This document shows, piece by piece, positions 28,782 to 40,964 of a stretch of DNA of 64,000 nucleotides. The stretch lies in NCBI GenBank assembly GCA_965217585.1, contig OZ244561.1, positions 4,160,001 to 4,224,000 on the forward strand, written 5' to 3'. The position numbers and the translations under genes are program-made. The number at the start of each line of letters is the position of its first letter. The first letter of the stretch is position 1. A model generated the notes under the pieces. It was not told where the DNA came from, ran no database searches, and saw only the letters and a list, made by a program, of their open reading frames with translations. Source of the DNA: Candidatus Latescibacterota bacterium (GTDB taxonomy: Bacteria; Latescibacterota; UBA2968; UBA8231).

Positions 28782-29948
28782 ATGCAGGCGAAATTCGATT
28801 TTATTCACGCCGAATTGGCGCGGCGGCAACAAGCTGGGCAGATGCGGTCGTTGCGGACTTGGGAGCCGTGCGGTGGCGCGCGAGTTCGCGCCCATGGCCG
28901 CGAGTTGGTCAATTTTAGCTCCAATGATTATCTCGGCTTGGCGTCGCATCCGCTCTTGCAGGCGCGGGCCGTTGAGTTCGTTGAGCGCTACGGGACCGGT
29001 GCCACGGCCGCGCGCTTGGTTTGTGGCTCGCAGCCGGGCTTTGCACAGGTAGAGCAGACTTTGGCTGGGCTCAAGCAGGTCGAGCGGGCGCTGGTGCTCA
29101 ATTCTGGATATCAGGCCAATATTTCGCTGTTGCCGACGCTGGTCGACCGGCGTGCGCTTATCCTGCTCGACCGGCTCTGCCACAACAGTTTGGTGCAAGG
29201 GGCGGTTTTGGGGCGCTGTCGGATGCGGCGCTACCGCCACGGTGACTTGGATCACCTGTGCGCCCTGCTGGCGGAAAGCGCAGGGGCGGAACATTCGCGC
29301 CGGGTGATTGTCACCGAATCGGTATTTAGTATGGACGGCGACGTCAGCGACATCGACGCGCTCGTTGAGTTGGCTGGGGAATTCGACGCGCTGCTGGTCA
29401 TCGACGAAGCGCACGCCACGGGCGTTTTGGGCGAGCAGGGGATGGGGCTGACGTGCGGCAAGGCCGTGGACGTATGCGTCGGCACGTTCGGCAAGGCCCT
29501 CGGGTCTTTTGGGGCGTACGTGGCCTGCGGTGAGAAGCTGTGGGAGTACTTGGTCAACTGCTGCCCGGGGTTTATCTATACGACCGCGCTGCCGCCAGCC
29601 GTCTTGGGTGCAGTGGATGCGGCGCTAGAGCTGGTGCCGCAAATGGATGCACAGCGCCGAACCTTGCTCGGCCATGCCGAGTATTTGCGCGGCGCGCTCA
29701 GGGCGCAAGGCTGGGACACGGGCGCGGCGACCGCGCAAATTGTACCGCTGATGGTGGGTGCGGAGGACGAAGCGCTGGCCCTGAACGCCTATCTAGAAGA
29801 AAACGGCATCCTAGCCGCGGCCATTCGCCCTCCCTCGGTCGAGCCGGGCCGGGCGCGGATTCGCTTGGCGCTCAGCGCCCTGCACCAGCAAAGCGATCTC
29901 GATATGCTAATTGGATTGCTACAGAAGTGGCGCAATGGCCGGCGTTGA
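28782..29948 (+). CDS. bioF: 8-amino-7-oxononanoate synthase
   Basis: FSSNDYLGL, SGYQAN, ESVFSMDGD, DEAH, GTFGKALG, IRPPSV. Confidence 0.95.
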   Translation: MQAKFDFIHAELARRQQAGQMRSLRTWEPCGGARVRAHGRELVNFSSNDYLGLASHPLLQARAVEFVERYGTGATAARLVCGSQPGFAQVEQTLAGLKQVERALVLNSGYQANISLLPTLVDRRALILLDRLCHNSLVQGAVLGRCRMRRYRHGDLDHLCALLAESAGAEHSRRVIVTESVFSMDGDVSDIDALVELAGEFDALLVIDEAHATGVLGEQGMGLTCGKAVDVCVGTFGKALGSFGAYVACGEKLWEYLVNCCPGFIYTTALPPAVLGAVDAALELVPQMDAQRRTLLGHAEYLRGALRAQGWDTGAATAQIVPLMVGAEDEALALNAYLEENGILAAAIRPPSVEPGRARIRLALSALHQQSDLDMLIGLLQKWRNGRR

Positions 29949-30576
29949 CGTGGTTGCCCAACACGGGTGGGGCTTTGGCGCTTGGAGTTGGAACCACTGG
30001 CGGGATCTCTTACCCGCTGGCTTTGTGCTGCACTGCCCAGACCGAGGGTATTTCGGTCCAGCAGTGGCGGTCGCGGCCCAGCCTCGCATCGTCTTGGCGC
30101 ACTCTCTCGGCTTGCACCTGTTGTCACCGCAGCTATGTGCGGCGGCGGAGTTGATCGTGGTCATCGGTGGCTTCCGCAGCTTTCACTCCCCGTGTGCCCG
30201 CCAAGCCCGGCGCTCGCGCCGCATGGTAGAGCAGATGCTCGCGCGCTTGGAGCGCGAGCCAGCGGCCTTGTTGGCCGATTTTTACGCCCGCTGTGGCGCG
30301 TTGCCCGACAGTCGCTGGCCCGGGACCATTGACGTCGGTAGTCTGCGCCGCGATTTGCAATTGTTGCAGGAGAGCGTGCTGGAACTAGCCGCGATACCGG
30401 TGGCAGCACAGGTACTCATTTTGCACGGCAGCCGCGACCGCGTGGTGCCCGTAGAGCGGGCCGAGGAGTTGTGCGAACTGCTGCCTAACAGCGCGCTTGC
30501 CATCGTCGCGGAGGCGGGCCACGCGCTGCCCCTGACGCATGCCCGTGCGTGTTGGGAGCGAGTTGAACGGGCTTGA
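29935..30576 (+). CDS. Pimeloyl-ACP methyl ester esterase, alpha/beta hydrolase, BioK-like
   Basis: HGW, DRGY, AHSLG nucleophile elbow, HGSRD, GH; located between bioF and bioC. Confidence 0.75.
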   Translation: MAGVDVVAQHGWGFGAWSWNHWRDLLPAGFVLHCPDRGYFGPAVAVAAQPRIVLAHSLGLHLLSPQLCAAAELIVVIGGFRSFHSPCARQARRSRRMVEQMLARLEREPAALLADFYARCGALPDSRWPGTIDVGSLRRDLQLLQESVLELAAIPVAAQVLILHGSRDRVVPVERAEELCELLPNSALAIVAEAGHALPLTHARACWERVERA

Positions 30577-30593
30577 CGCGGGATGCCGCCTGT

Positions 30594-31400
30594 ATGAAGG
30601 AAGCGAGTTTCAAAGCGCGCGTCGTCGAGAATTTCTCCCGCAGCGCCTCGACGTACGACTGCCATGCTGAGGAGCAGCGCACTGGTGCCGCCACCTTGGC
30701 CAAATTCGCTGCCGAATGCGCCGAAAACCTAGTGGAGGGCCCCGTGCTCGAAATCGGTTGCGGCACGGGCTTTTTGAGCGCGTCTTTGGCCGCGCTCTTC
30801 CCCGAGCGGCGCTTGGAGCTGACCGACCTTGCGCCGGCCATGGTCGCGCATTGTCGACAAAAAATGGCCGCCGAGGCCGCCCATCCAGACATCCGCTACC
30901 GGGTCTTGGACGGGGAGCAGCTAGCAAGCGAGGGACGCTACGCCTTGATCTGCGCCAGCTTTGTGGTTCACTGGTTCGCCGATTTGCGCGCGGGCCTACA
31001 GCAGCTATTGGCCGCGCTCAAACCCGGCGGGCAATTGCTCTGCTCCTATCCGGGGGCGGGTTCATACGCCGAATGGCACCGCCAATGTGCGCGCCAAGGC
31101 ATCCCCTGCAGCGCCAATGCCTTGCCCGACTTAGCGTCCGTCGCCCGCGTGTTCGCCGCCGAGCCGGTCGCAGTGCGCCAATGGGAACAGGTGCTCGCGC
31201 TGCGCTTTCCGACTGCGCATGCCTTTTTGCGCCACCTCAAGCGCACGGGTGCCCACACGTCGGCGCAGCTGAGTGCCCTCGGTCCAGCGCAATTGCGCCG
31301 GCTCCTGCGCGGCTGGGATCGCGACTGCCCCAACGGCGTGGAGATTACATGCGCTGTTCATTATTTAGCTGTCGAGAAAGCGGGGGGCTGTGGCGGCTGA
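30594..31400 (+). CDS. bioC: Malonyl-ACP O-methyltransferase
   Basis: FSRSASTYD..A..Q, LEIGCGTG, HWF, LKRTGA; bio operon context. Confidence 0.9.
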   Translation: MKEASFKARVVENFSRSASTYDCHAEEQRTGAATLAKFAAECAENLVEGPVLEIGCGTGFLSASLAALFPERRLELTDLAPAMVAHCRQKMAAEAAHPDIRYRVLDGEQLASEGRYALICASFVVHWFADLRAGLQQLLAALKPGGQLLCSYPGAGSYAEWHRQCARQGIPCSANALPDLASVARVFAAEPVAVRQWEQVLALRFPTAHAFLRHLKRTGAHTSAQLSALGPAQLRRLLRGWDRDCPNGVEITCAVHYLAVEKAGGCGG

Positions 31401-32013
31401 ACTCCCCTCGCGCTTGTTCGTCACCGGCACGGATACGGGCGTCGGCAAGTCCTATGTCGCGGCCCTGCTAGCCGTGGGGCTGGAGGCCGCCTATTGGAAG
31501 CCCGTGCAAAGCGGAGCCGATGCGGACGCCGATTGGGTGCGGCGCGTCACCGGCCTACCGGCTGAGCGCGTCCTGCCGGAGACCTATCGCTTGCGCGCCC
31601 CCCTGTCGCCGCACGAGGCGGCCCGGCGCGAGGGCGTGCAGATCGAGATGAGCCGCTTTGTGCTGCCCAAGCGGAAGCGCTTGATCGTCGAAGGGGCTGG
31701 CGGGGTTATGGTACCGCTCGACGACCGGTATCTGATGGTCGATCTGATGGCTGCTCTGGGGCTGCCGGTGCTGGTGGTGGCGCGCAGCGAATTGGGCACC
31801 ATTAATCACACCCTATTGACGCTGGACCAATTGCGCCGCCGAGGTTGCTCGCTTTTGGGCGTGGTGGTCAACGGCCCCCCCAACCCAGCCAACTGCCGAG
31901 CTATTGCCCACTACGGAGAGGTGCCGGTGCTGGCCGCAATCAACCGCCGGGTAGAGCTGTCGCCCGCCAAGGTCCGGGCGCTTTTTGCTCGCTATTTTGG
32001 CCGCCATGACTAA
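31390..32013 (+). CDS. bioD: Dethiobiotin synthase
   Basis: GTDTGVGKS, WKPVQSG, VEGAGG, LGTINHT. Confidence 0.95.
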   Translation: MAAELPSRLFVTGTDTGVGKSYVAALLAVGLEAAYWKPVQSGADADADWVRRVTGLPAERVLPETYRLRAPLSPHEAARREGVQIEMSRFVLPKRKRLIVEGAGGVMVPLDDRYLMVDLMAALGLPVLVVARSELGTINHTLLTLDQLRRRGCSLLGVVVNGPPNPANCRAIAHYGEVPVLAAINRRVELSPAKVRALFARYFGRHD

Positions 32014-33292
32014 GCGCGTTGCTTCCCACGTGTGGTCGCCTTTTACCCAGATGAAGGCGGCGCTGCCGGTGCAGCAGGTGCGCGCTGGCCGCGGGGCTGT
32101 GCTAGAGCTGGAGGATGGGCGGCAGATCCTCGACTGCATTTCGAGCTGGTGGGTGACCTTGCATGGCCACGGACAGCCCGAGGTCGCCGCGGCTGTGGCC
32201 GAGCAGGCCAAAGAGCTGGAGCAGGTAATAGCGGCTGGATTTACTCATCGCCCCGCCGAAGAACTGGCCCGGCGGTTGGTGGATGCCTTGCCCGCGCCGC
32301 TAAAGTGGGTCTTCTACTCAGACGACGGCTCGACGGCCGTGGAAGTTGCGCTCAAGCTGGCCTATCAGTTTTGGCACAACCAGGGCCAGCGAGATCGCAC
32401 GCGCTTTCTGCGCTTGGAGGGGGCCTATCACGGCGACACACTCGGGGCGATGTCGGTGGGGGAACGCTCGCTTTTTACGCGCCCTTTTGCCGACTTGCTC
32501 TTTCCGACGGACGCCGTGCCCTTTCCGGCCACTTGGGAGGGCGATGGGGAAGTAGAGGTCAAAGAGGCGCGGGCACTCGCGCGGCTGGAGGAACTGTTGG
32601 CACGCCGGCCTGGCCAGTATGCGGCCATGATACTCGAGCCGCTGGTGCAGGGCGCTGGGGGCATGCGGATGTGCCGCCCGCATTTTCTCGCGGCCGTGCA
32701 GGCACTTTTGCGCCAATGCGACGTGTTGGCCATCTACGACGAGGTGCTGACCGGATTTGGGCGCACCGGAGCGCTCTTCGCCTGTGAGAAAGCCGCGACC
32801 CAACCCGACATCATCTGCTTGGCCAAGGGGCTGACCGGCGGCTTTTTACCCATGGCGGTCACCGTCTGCAGCGAGCGGGTTTTCTCGGCTTTCTACCACG
32901 ACGACCCCGCTAAAGCCTTCTATCACGGGCACTCCTATACGGCCAATCCCCTGGGATGTGCGGCCTCGCTGGCCTCGCTGGATCTGCTCGCTAGCGAGCC
33001 TTTCCGCCGTCTAGCGGATTGGCAGCGCGAGGAAATGGTGCGTCTGTGCAGCCACCCGCGGCTCAAGCGGGTGCGGGTGTGCGGTACGATTGTGGCTGCG
33101 GACGTGGTAGTCGAGGGCGAGGAAGGATACCTGCACGAGGCAGGGCCGCTGCTGAGAGAGCACTTTTTGGCGCGGGGATTCCTGTTGCGGCCCTTGGGTA
33201 ATAGCGTGTACGTGCTGCCGCCCTACTGCATTGAGCGGTCGCAGCTAGCCTCGGTCTACGACTGCTTCTGCGAGCTGATCGACGCGCTCTGA
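32006..33292 (+). CDS. bioA: Adenosylmethionine-8-amino-7-oxononanoate transaminase
   Basis: WSPFTQ, SSWWVTLHGH, YHGDT, DEVLTGFGRTG, AKGLTGG, HGHSYTANP. Confidence 0.96.
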   Translation: MTKRVASHVWSPFTQMKAALPVQQVRAGRGAVLELEDGRQILDCISSWWVTLHGHGQPEVAAAVAEQAKELEQVIAAGFTHRPAEELARRLVDALPAPLKWVFYSDDGSTAVEVALKLAYQFWHNQGQRDRTRFLRLEGAYHGDTLGAMSVGERSLFTRPFADLLFPTDAVPFPATWEGDGEVEVKEARALARLEELLARRPGQYAAMILEPLVQGAGGMRMCRPHFLAAVQALLRQCDVLAIYDEVLTGFGRTGALFACEKAATQPDIICLAKGLTGGFLPMAVTVCSERVFSAFYHDDPAKAFYHGHSYTANPLGCAASLASLDLLASEPFRRLADWQREEMVRLCSHPRLKRVRVCGTIVAADVVVEGEEGYLHEAGPLLREHFLARGFLLRPLGNSVYVLPPYCIERSQLASVYDCFCELIDAL

Positions 33293-34249
33293 AGCGCCTT
33301 GCGGCGGCCGCGCTTCTAGGTCGAGCAGGTCGAAGAGGGCTTGGTCGGCGTCGGTGCCGGGGTGGGGCGTAGTCAACAGGCGGTCGCCCGAGAAGATGGA
33401 ATTGGCCCCGGCCAAAAAGCACAGGGCTTGTTCGGCTATCGAGAGCTGGTCGCGGCCAGCCGAGAGGCGCACCATGGCCGTGGGAAAGAGGATCCGGGCG
33501 CAGGCGATCATGCGGACGAGTTCCCACGCGGTCACCTTTTCGCGGTCGCCCAGCGGCGTCCCGGCGATAGGTACTAGGGCGTTGATCGGTATGGATTCCG
33601 GCGGCTTTGGTAGTTGCAAGAGCGCGTAGAGCAAATCGATGCGGTCTTCGTCGCTTTCGCCCATGCCCAAGATGCCGCCGCAGCAGACCGAAATCCCGGC
33701 ACGACCGACGTGGCCTAGGGTTTCGATGCGGTCGCGATAGGTGCGGGTGGAGACGATTTCGGGGTAGTAGTTTTCCCCGGTGTCCAAGTTGTGGTTGTAC
33801 GCGTGGAGGCCGGCTTCCCGCAGCCGCTGGGCTTGGTCGGCGTTGAGCATGCCCAACGTGCAGCAGACTTCCATGCCGGTGGCAGCGACCGTGCGCACCA
33901 TGTCCAATACGCGGTCGAACTCTGCGCCATCGCGGACTTGACGCCAGGCCGCGCCCATGCAGAAGCGCGTGCTACCAGCGGCCGCGGCGCGCTCAGCGGC
34001 TTCGCGCACGGCGTCTAGCGACAGCAGGTCTTGGCGTTCGAGGCCCGTATCGAAGTGGGCCGACTGCGAGCAATAGCTGCAATTTTCAGGACAGCCACCG
34101 GTCTTGATCGAAAGCAGAGTGCAGACCTGTACTTGCCGTGGATCGTGGTGTACGCGATGGACGGTCGCGGCGCGGAACACAAGGTCGAGTACGGGGCTTT
34201 TGTAGAAGGCGACGATTTCCTCGCGCGTTGCGGGCGCATTCAGGTTCAT
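33245..34249 (-). CDS. bioB: Biotin synthase (radical SAM)
   Basis: CPENCSYCSQS, RFCMGAAW, YNHNLDT, GANSIF; 48-nt convergent overlap with bioA. Confidence 0.97.
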   Translation of the reverse strand: MNLNAPATREEIVAFYKSPVLDLVFRAATVHRVHHDPRQVQVCTLLSIKTGGCPENCSYCSQSAHFDTGLERQDLLSLDAVREAAERAAAAGSTRFCMGAAWRQVRDGAEFDRVLDMVRTVAATGMEVCCTLGMLNADQAQRLREAGLHAYNHNLDTGENYYPEIVSTRTYRDRIETLGHVGRAGISVCCGGILGMGESDEDRIDLLYALLQLPKPPESIPINALVPIAGTPLGDREKVTAWELVRMIACARILFPTAMVRLSAGRDQLSIAEQALCFLAGANSIFSGDRLLTTPHPGTDADQALFDLLDLEARPPQGASERVDQLAEAVVDRG

Positions 34250-34505
34250 AAATCCTCGATCGGTTTGGTGGATGAGGGCCTAAAATCCGAGGTTTCACCC
34301 GGCTTGGCAAGTTCGGCGGGGTGGTCGGCCCACGGCTGCCGCGCAAATGGCTTGCTCCATCGCGTTTCTTGGCTTTTATTTTTAGGCTGTTTGCGGGAGG
34401 TGAACAGGCTAGACAGCACAGCGCGCCCGCGCTTTGATGTCTGGCCGATTGCGAGGTGCTGAAACCTCGGCTACTCTTCGGCGGCGAAGTGGGACTGGCT
34501 GGCTT

Positions 34506-34519
34506 AAACTGGCCAGTTT
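34506..34519. promoter_or_regulatory. Perfect 14-bp palindrome upstream of nqrA, candidate operator
   Basis: AAACTGGCCAGTTT, ending about 42 nt before the nqrA start. Confidence 0.35.
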
Positions 34520-34522
34520 TAG

Positions 34523-35908
<1,386 letters not shown>

Positions 35909-35917
35909 ACGCATTCA

Positions 35918-37135
35918 ATGAAGGTTTTGCGAGATCTGCTCGACCAAGCCGAGCCTCTTTTCCACAAGGGAGGGCGGCTGGAAAAGCTCTATGCCCTGTA
36001 CGAGGCAGCCGATACATTTTTATATACGCCCGGTCGCGTCACTGAGGGGCCGACGCACGTGCGCGACGGCATAGACCTCAAGCGCACCATGATCACGGTC
36101 GTCGCCGCGCTAGTGCCCTGTATCTTCATGGCCATGTGGAACACGGGCTATCAGATCAATCTGGCCATGCAGCAGATGGAGGCCACCACGACGGGCGAAT
36201 GGCGCGGGATAATCATCGACATCCTCGGCATCGGCTACAACCCCAATAACCCGCTGGCCAATATATTCCACGGCTTCCTCTATTTTTTTCCAGTCTTTTT
36301 GGTGTGCAATATGGTGGGTGGTCTGTGGGAGGGACTTTTCGCGATGGTTCGCAAGCACGAGATCAACGAGGGCTTCTTGGTCACGGGCATGCTCTTTCCC
36401 TTGACCCTGCCGCCGACGATTCCCCTATGGCAGGTAGCCATCGGCATCAGTTTCGGCGTGGTGCTGGGCAAAGAGGTCTTCGGCGGCACCGGCAAGAATT
36501 TCCTCAATCCGGCGCTGACCGGGCGGGCCTTCCTCTATTTTGCGTATCCCGCCGAGATCACCGGCGACGCGGTCTGGGTCGCGGCCGACGGCTTTACGCA
36601 TGCTACCCCGTTAGGGGCTGCTGCCGCCGACGGCATGGCAGCCTTTACCGGCTCGGTAACTTGGATGCAGGCCTTCTTGGGCGCGATCCCCGGGTCCATG
36701 GGCGAAACATCGACCCTAGCCTGCCTGATCGGCGCAGCCATCCTCATAGCAACTAGGGTCGGCTCTTGGCAAATCATCGCCAGCATGACGGCGGCCACGG
36801 TCGTCGGTGCCGAATTGCTGCACGCGATTGGCAGCGATACCAACCCGATGTTTGGAATGGACTCAAGCTGGCATTTGGTGCTGGGTGGATATGCCTTTGG
36901 CTGCGTCTATATGGCGACGGACCCGGTGTCGGCGACCATGACCCCGACCGGCCGCTGGGTGTATGGGGCGCTCATAGGCTTTATGACTGTGCTGATCCGC
37001 GTGATTAACCCGGCTTTCCCCGAGGGCGTAATGCTGGCCATTCTCTTTGGCAATGTCTTCGCACCCGTGATTGACCACGTGGCAATGCAAGCCAACATCA
37101 AGCGCAGGCTGGCCCGCACCGCTGTCAGCTCTTAG
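35918..37135 (+). CDS. nqrB: Na+-NQR subunit B
   Basis: [36 protein letters not shown]-Thr region [15 protein letters not shown]. Confidence 0.96.
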   Translation: MKVLRDLLDQAEPLFHKGGRLEKLYALYEAADTFLYTPGRVTEGPTHVRDGIDLKRTMITVVAALVPCIFMAMWNTGYQINLAMQQMEATTTGEWRGIIIDILGIGYNPNNPLANIFHGFLYFFPVFLVCNMVGGLWEGLFAMVRKHEINEGFLVTGMLFPLTLPPTIPLWQVAIGISFGVVLGKEVFGGTGKNFLNPALTGRAFLYFAYPAEITGDAVWVAADGFTHATPLGAAAADGMAAFTGSVTWMQAFLGAIPGSMGETSTLACLIGAAILIATRVGSWQIIASMTAATVVGAELLHAIGSDTNPMFGMDSSWHLVLGGYAFGCVYMATDPVSATMTPTGRWVYGALIGFMTVLIRVINPAFPEGVMLAILFGNVFAPVIDHVAMQANIKRRLARTAVSS

Positions 37136-37149
37136 GAGAGATAGACAAA

Positions 37150-37941
37150 GTGGCTAACGATTCAGTAGGTAGAACATTCGGCGTGGCGCTCGGCGTCTGC
37201 CTCGTCTGCTCGGTGCTGGTATCGGCGGCGGCAGTGTCGCTGCGGCCGACCCAAGCGGTCAACAAGGCGCTCGACAAGAAGCGCAATATCCTAATGGCCG
37301 CCGGCCTGCTGAAGTCCGGCGAGGTTGCAAGCGGCGAGCGCGTCGGGGAGTTGTACCAAAATATAAATCCCCGCGTCGTCGATTTGGCGACCGGCGAATA
37401 CGTCGATGGCGTGGACCCGGTCGCCTACGACCAGCGGCAGGCGGCCAAGGATCCAGCGCAGAGCGAGGTGGTACCGGCCGATGTGGATATCGCCAACGTC
37501 AGGCGCCGCGCGCTTCATGCCTCGGTGTACTTGGTTTCGCAGAAGGGCAAGATCAAAAAGGTCATCCTGCCCGTCCACGGGTTAGGGCTGTGGTCCACGC
37601 TCTATGGATTTGTGGCCTTAGACTCTAGGGACCTCAATACCATCCGCGGACTGGTGTACTACGAACACGCCGAGACGCCGGGTTTAGGGGGCGAGGTCGA
37701 TAATCCTAGCTGGAAGGCCCTCTGGGACGGCAAACAGGCCTTCGACGAAGGTGGCGCAGTGCGCATCGAGGTGATCAGGGGCAAGGTCGTCCCGGGACGG
37801 CCCGCAGCCCGGTATCAGGTCGATGGGCTGTCGGGTGCCACCATTACTTCGCGCGGCGTCAGGGACATGCTGCGCTACTGGCTGGGTGCGGAAGCCTTTG
37901 GGCCGTATCTGGCCAAGCTCAAAGAACGAGGAGTTAGTTAA
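37150..37941 (+). CDS. nqrC: Na+-NQR subunit C
   Basis: GLWST, ETPGLG, VDGLSGATITS FMN site. Confidence 0.96.
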   Translation: MANDSVGRTFGVALGVCLVCSVLVSAAAVSLRPTQAVNKALDKKRNILMAAGLLKSGEVASGERVGELYQNINPRVVDLATGEYVDGVDPVAYDQRQAAKDPAQSEVVPADVDIANVRRRALHASVYLVSQKGKIKKVILPVHGLGLWSTLYGFVALDSRDLNTIRGLVYYEHAETPGLGGEVDNPSWKALWDGKQAFDEGGAVRIEVIRGKVVPGRPAARYQVDGLSGATITSRGVRDMLRYWLGAEAFGPYLAKLKERGVS

Positions 37942-38565
37942 ATGGCTGACAAACCGAGAGATGTCCTCTTCGGGCCGCTCTTTGACTCCAATCCCATTGC
38001 CCTGCTGAGCCTTGGTATATGCTCGGCCTTGGCGGTGACGACCAAGTTGGAGACCGCTTCTATCATGTGCTTGGCGGTCATTTTCGTGCTCTGCTGCTCC
38101 AACGTGGCCGTCAGCTTGATTCGCAATTTCATCCCGGCCAACATCCGCATTATCGTGGAGATGACGATCATCGCCTCGCTGGTCATTGTCGTCGATCAGT
38201 TCCTGCGCGCCTATGCTTTTGAGATCAGCAAGCAGCTTTCGGTCTTCGTCGGGCTGATCATTACCAACTGCATCATCATGGGGCGGGCCGAGGCTTTCGC
38301 CTTGCAGAACGGCCCTGGGCTGAGCTTTCTCGACGGCTTGGGCAACGCCTTGGGCTACAGCGTCATTCTGATGGTCGTCGGCGTGTTGCGCGAGCTATTC
38401 GGGTCGGGTTCGCTTTTTGGGGTGCAAATGTTCGCCTTGGCTGCCGAGGGGGGATGGTACGCGCCCAACGGCCTGATGCTGTTGCCGCCGAGCGCGTTTT
38501 TCATCATTGGCGTATTTATATGGGCGCTCCGAAGCTGGAAGAGCGAGCAGGTCGAGGAGGAGTAA
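37942..38565 (+). CDS. nqrD: Na+-NQR subunit D
   Basis: [27 protein letters not shown]. Confidence 0.96.
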   Translation: MADKPRDVLFGPLFDSNPIALLSLGICSALAVTTKLETASIMCLAVIFVLCCSNVAVSLIRNFIPANIRIIVEMTIIASLVIVVDQFLRAYAFEISKQLSVFVGLIITNCIIMGRAEAFALQNGPGLSFLDGLGNALGYSVILMVVGVLRELFGSGSLFGVQMFALAAEGGWYAPNGLMLLPPSAFFIIGVFIWALRSWKSEQVEEE

Positions 38566-38571
38566 CTGAAT

Positions 38572-39183
38572 ATGGTCGAAGCCTATCTCAGCATATTTAT
38601 GAAGTCCGTGTTCGTCGAGAACATGGCACTGGCCTTCTTTTTGGGGATGTGCACTTTTCTGGCCGTCTCCAAGGAGGTGCAGGCGGCGTTCGGGCTTGGA
38701 ATCGCCGTAATCGTGGTACAGACGGTTACCGTTCCAGCCAACAATCTAATCTACCAGTACCTGCTCAAGGAAGACGCGCTGGCGTGGGCGGGCTTGAGCG
38801 GGGTAGATCTGACCTTTGTGGGGCTGATTAGCTACATCGGCATCATTGCTGCCATGGTGCAGATCCTCGAGATGTTTCTCGACAAGTTCGTGCCGGCCCT
38901 CTATAATGCCCTCGGCATCTTCCTGCCCTTGATTACCGTCAATTGCGCGATTCTGGGCGGTTCGCTGTTCATGGTCGAGCGCGACTACAACTTCGGCGAG
39001 AGCGTGGTTTTTGGCTTTGGCTCTGGCTTCGGCTGGGCGCTGGCTATCGTCGCGTTGGCGGGCATCCGCGAAAAGATGAAGTACAGCGACGTGCCCCCAG
39101 GGCTGCGCGGCCTCGGGATCACCTTCATTACGGTGGGTCTGATGTCGTTGGCCTTTATGTCCTTTTCCGGTATTCAGCTATAA
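38572..39183 (+). CDS. nqrE: Na+-NQR subunit E
   Basis: [34 protein letters not shown]. Confidence 0.96.
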   Translation: MVEAYLSIFMKSVFVENMALAFFLGMCTFLAVSKEVQAAFGLGIAVIVVQTVTVPANNLIYQYLLKEDALAWAGLSGVDLTFVGLISYIGIIAAMVQILEMFLDKFVPALYNALGIFLPLITVNCAILGGSLFMVERDYNFGESVVFGFGSGFGWALAIVALAGIREKMKYSDVPPGLRGLGITFITVGLMSLAFMSFSGIQL

Positions 39184-39199
39184 AAGAAAAGAGCGTTTT

Positions 39200-40438
39200 A
39201 TGACTGAAGTTATTTCCGGCGTCGGCATGTTCACGGGTGTGGTGCTGGCCCTAGTGGCCGTAATTTTGGTCGCGCGCTCCCGGCTGGTGCCCAGCGGCAA
39301 CGTGCGGATCCTCATCAACGACGACGAGAGCAAGGCCCTCTCCGTTCCAGCCGGGGGCAAGCTGCTCAACGTGCTGGCCGACAACAGGGTCTTCGTATCT
39401 TCGGCCTGCGGCGGCGGCGGCACCTGCGCCCAGTGCAAGGTCAACATCTACGAGGGTGGTGGCGATATCTTGCAGACCGAGACCAGCCACGTTACCAAGC
39501 GCGAGGCGCGCGAGGGCGTGCGGCTCTCCTGTCAGGTCAACGTCAAGCAAGACATGAAGATCGAAGTGCCGCCCGAAGTGTTCTCGGTCAAGAAGTGGGA
39601 GTGCGAAGTCGTCTCCAACGACAACGTGGCGACCTTTATAAAGGAATTTATCGTCAAGTTCCCCGAGGGCGAAACGCTGGATTTCCAGCCCGGTGGCTTT
39701 ATCCAGATCGAAGTGCCGCCCTTCGAGTGCGACTTCAAGGACTTTGAGGGTATTGAGGAGCGCTTTCACCCCGATTGGGATCGCTTCAAGGTCTGGGATT
39801 TCAAAGCCGTCAATACCGAGCCCGTCTTCCGCGCTTATTCAATGGCCAATCACCCGGCCGAGGGCGACATCATCATGCTCAACATCCGCATCGCTACCCC
39901 GCCGCCCGACCGCGAAAAGGGTGGCTGGGAGGATGTGCCGCCCGGCATCGCCTCTTCTTATGTGTTCAGCCGCAAGCCGGGCGACATGGTGACGATCTCG
40001 GGGCCCTTCGGCGAATTTTTCATCCAGGACACCGACCGCGAGATGGTCTATATCGGCGGTGGCGCTGGCATGGCACCTTTGCGGTCGCATCTATACCACC
40101 TCTTCCACACGCTCAAGACGGGGCGCAAGGTGTCCTATTGGTACGGGGCGCGCAATCCCAACGAGGTCTTCTACGAGGACCACTTCCGCAAAATCGAAGA
40201 AGAGTTTCCCAACTTCACCTTCCACATCGCCATGTCCGAGCCGCGGCCGGAGGACAATTGGGACGGCTATGTGGGCTTTATTCACCAAGTGGTGTACGAC
40301 CATTATCTCAAGGATCACCCCGCCCCTGAAGACGTCGAATATTACCTGTGCGGCCCGCCGCTGATGCTCCGATCCGCGCTCGGGATGCTCGACGATCTAG
40401 GCATCGAAGAGGAAATGATCCGCTTCGACGAGTTTTGA
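39200..40438 (+). CDS. nqrF: Na+-NQR subunit F
   Basis: [12 protein letters not shown] 2Fe-2S site, [21 protein letters not shown]. Confidence 0.97.
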   Translation: MTEVISGVGMFTGVVLALVAVILVARSRLVPSGNVRILINDDESKALSVPAGGKLLNVLADNRVFVSSACGGGGTCAQCKVNIYEGGGDILQTETSHVTKREAREGVRLSCQVNVKQDMKIEVPPEVFSVKKWECEVVSNDNVATFIKEFIVKFPEGETLDFQPGGFIQIEVPPFECDFKDFEGIEERFHPDWDRFKVWDFKAVNTEPVFRAYSMANHPAEGDIIMLNIRIATPPPDREKGGWEDVPPGIASSYVFSRKPGDMVTISGPFGEFFIQDTDREMVYIGGGAGMAPLRSHLYHLFHTLKTGRKVSYWYGARNPNEVFYEDHFRKIEEEFPNFTFHIAMSEPRPEDNWDGYVGFIHQVVYDHYLKDHPAPEDVEYYLCGPPLMLRSALGMLDDLGIEEEMIRFDEF

Positions 40439-40447
40439 GAAACGAGG

Positions 40448-40651
40448 ATGACTATGAGCACGCTTATCATCGCTTTCACCGCCTTTGGGCTGGTCATGGC
40501 GGCTATGGCCGTCGGCGTGATTTTCAGCAATCGTCGTATCCAGGGTTCGTGCGGAGGGCTGGGCACTATGCGCGATGCGTTGGGCGAGCCTATGTGCGAG
40601 TGCGGTCAGGCTCCCGGCTCGTGCGGGGATGCTGGGTCGGAGACGAGCTGA
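40448..40651 (+). CDS. nqrM: Na+-NQR maturation protein NqrM (DUF539)
   Basis: TM helix then IQGSCGGLG and Cys cluster, directly after nqrF. Confidence 0.85.
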   Translation: MTMSTLIIAFTAFGLVMAAMAVGVIFSNRRIQGSCGGLGTMRDALGEPMCECGQAPGSCGDAGSETS

Positions 40652-40678
40652 GCGTTTAAGCGCGGAAACACTTGTTAG

Positions 40679-40708
40679 AACGGCGGGCTGCCACCGCCGT
40701 TTTTCTTT
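40679..40708 (+). terminator. Intrinsic terminator after the nqr operon
   Basis: AACGGCGG-gctgcca-CCGCCGTT followed by a T-rich tract. Confidence 0.75.
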
Positions 40709-40721
40709 GCTCGTAGAAAAT

Positions 40722-40964
40722 ATGGTCGCCAAAAAAAAGACCGGGGCATACGCGGATATTGGTTCGTATGCGAGCCTAGGGATTCAATTCGCGGCGACGA
40801 TCCTGATCTTCGTGTCTATCGGCTGGTGGCTCGACGACAAGTTTGCAACTACGCCGCTCTTTCTCTTGTTGGGCACCCTGCTCGGCGCGGGGGGTGGGTT
40901 TTACAAACTCTATAGGACGCTGATGGACTTAGATGAGCGGCGCAAGCGGGAGGACGGACGGTGA
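40722..40964 (+). CDS. AtpZ/AtpI-family small membrane protein
   Basis: G..LD.KF.T.P.F..LG pattern, first gene ahead of the atp operon. Confidence 0.85.
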   Translation: MVAKKKTGAYADIGSYASLGIQFAATILIFVSIGWWLDDKFATTPLFLLLGTLLGAGGGFYKLYRTLMDLDERRKREDGR

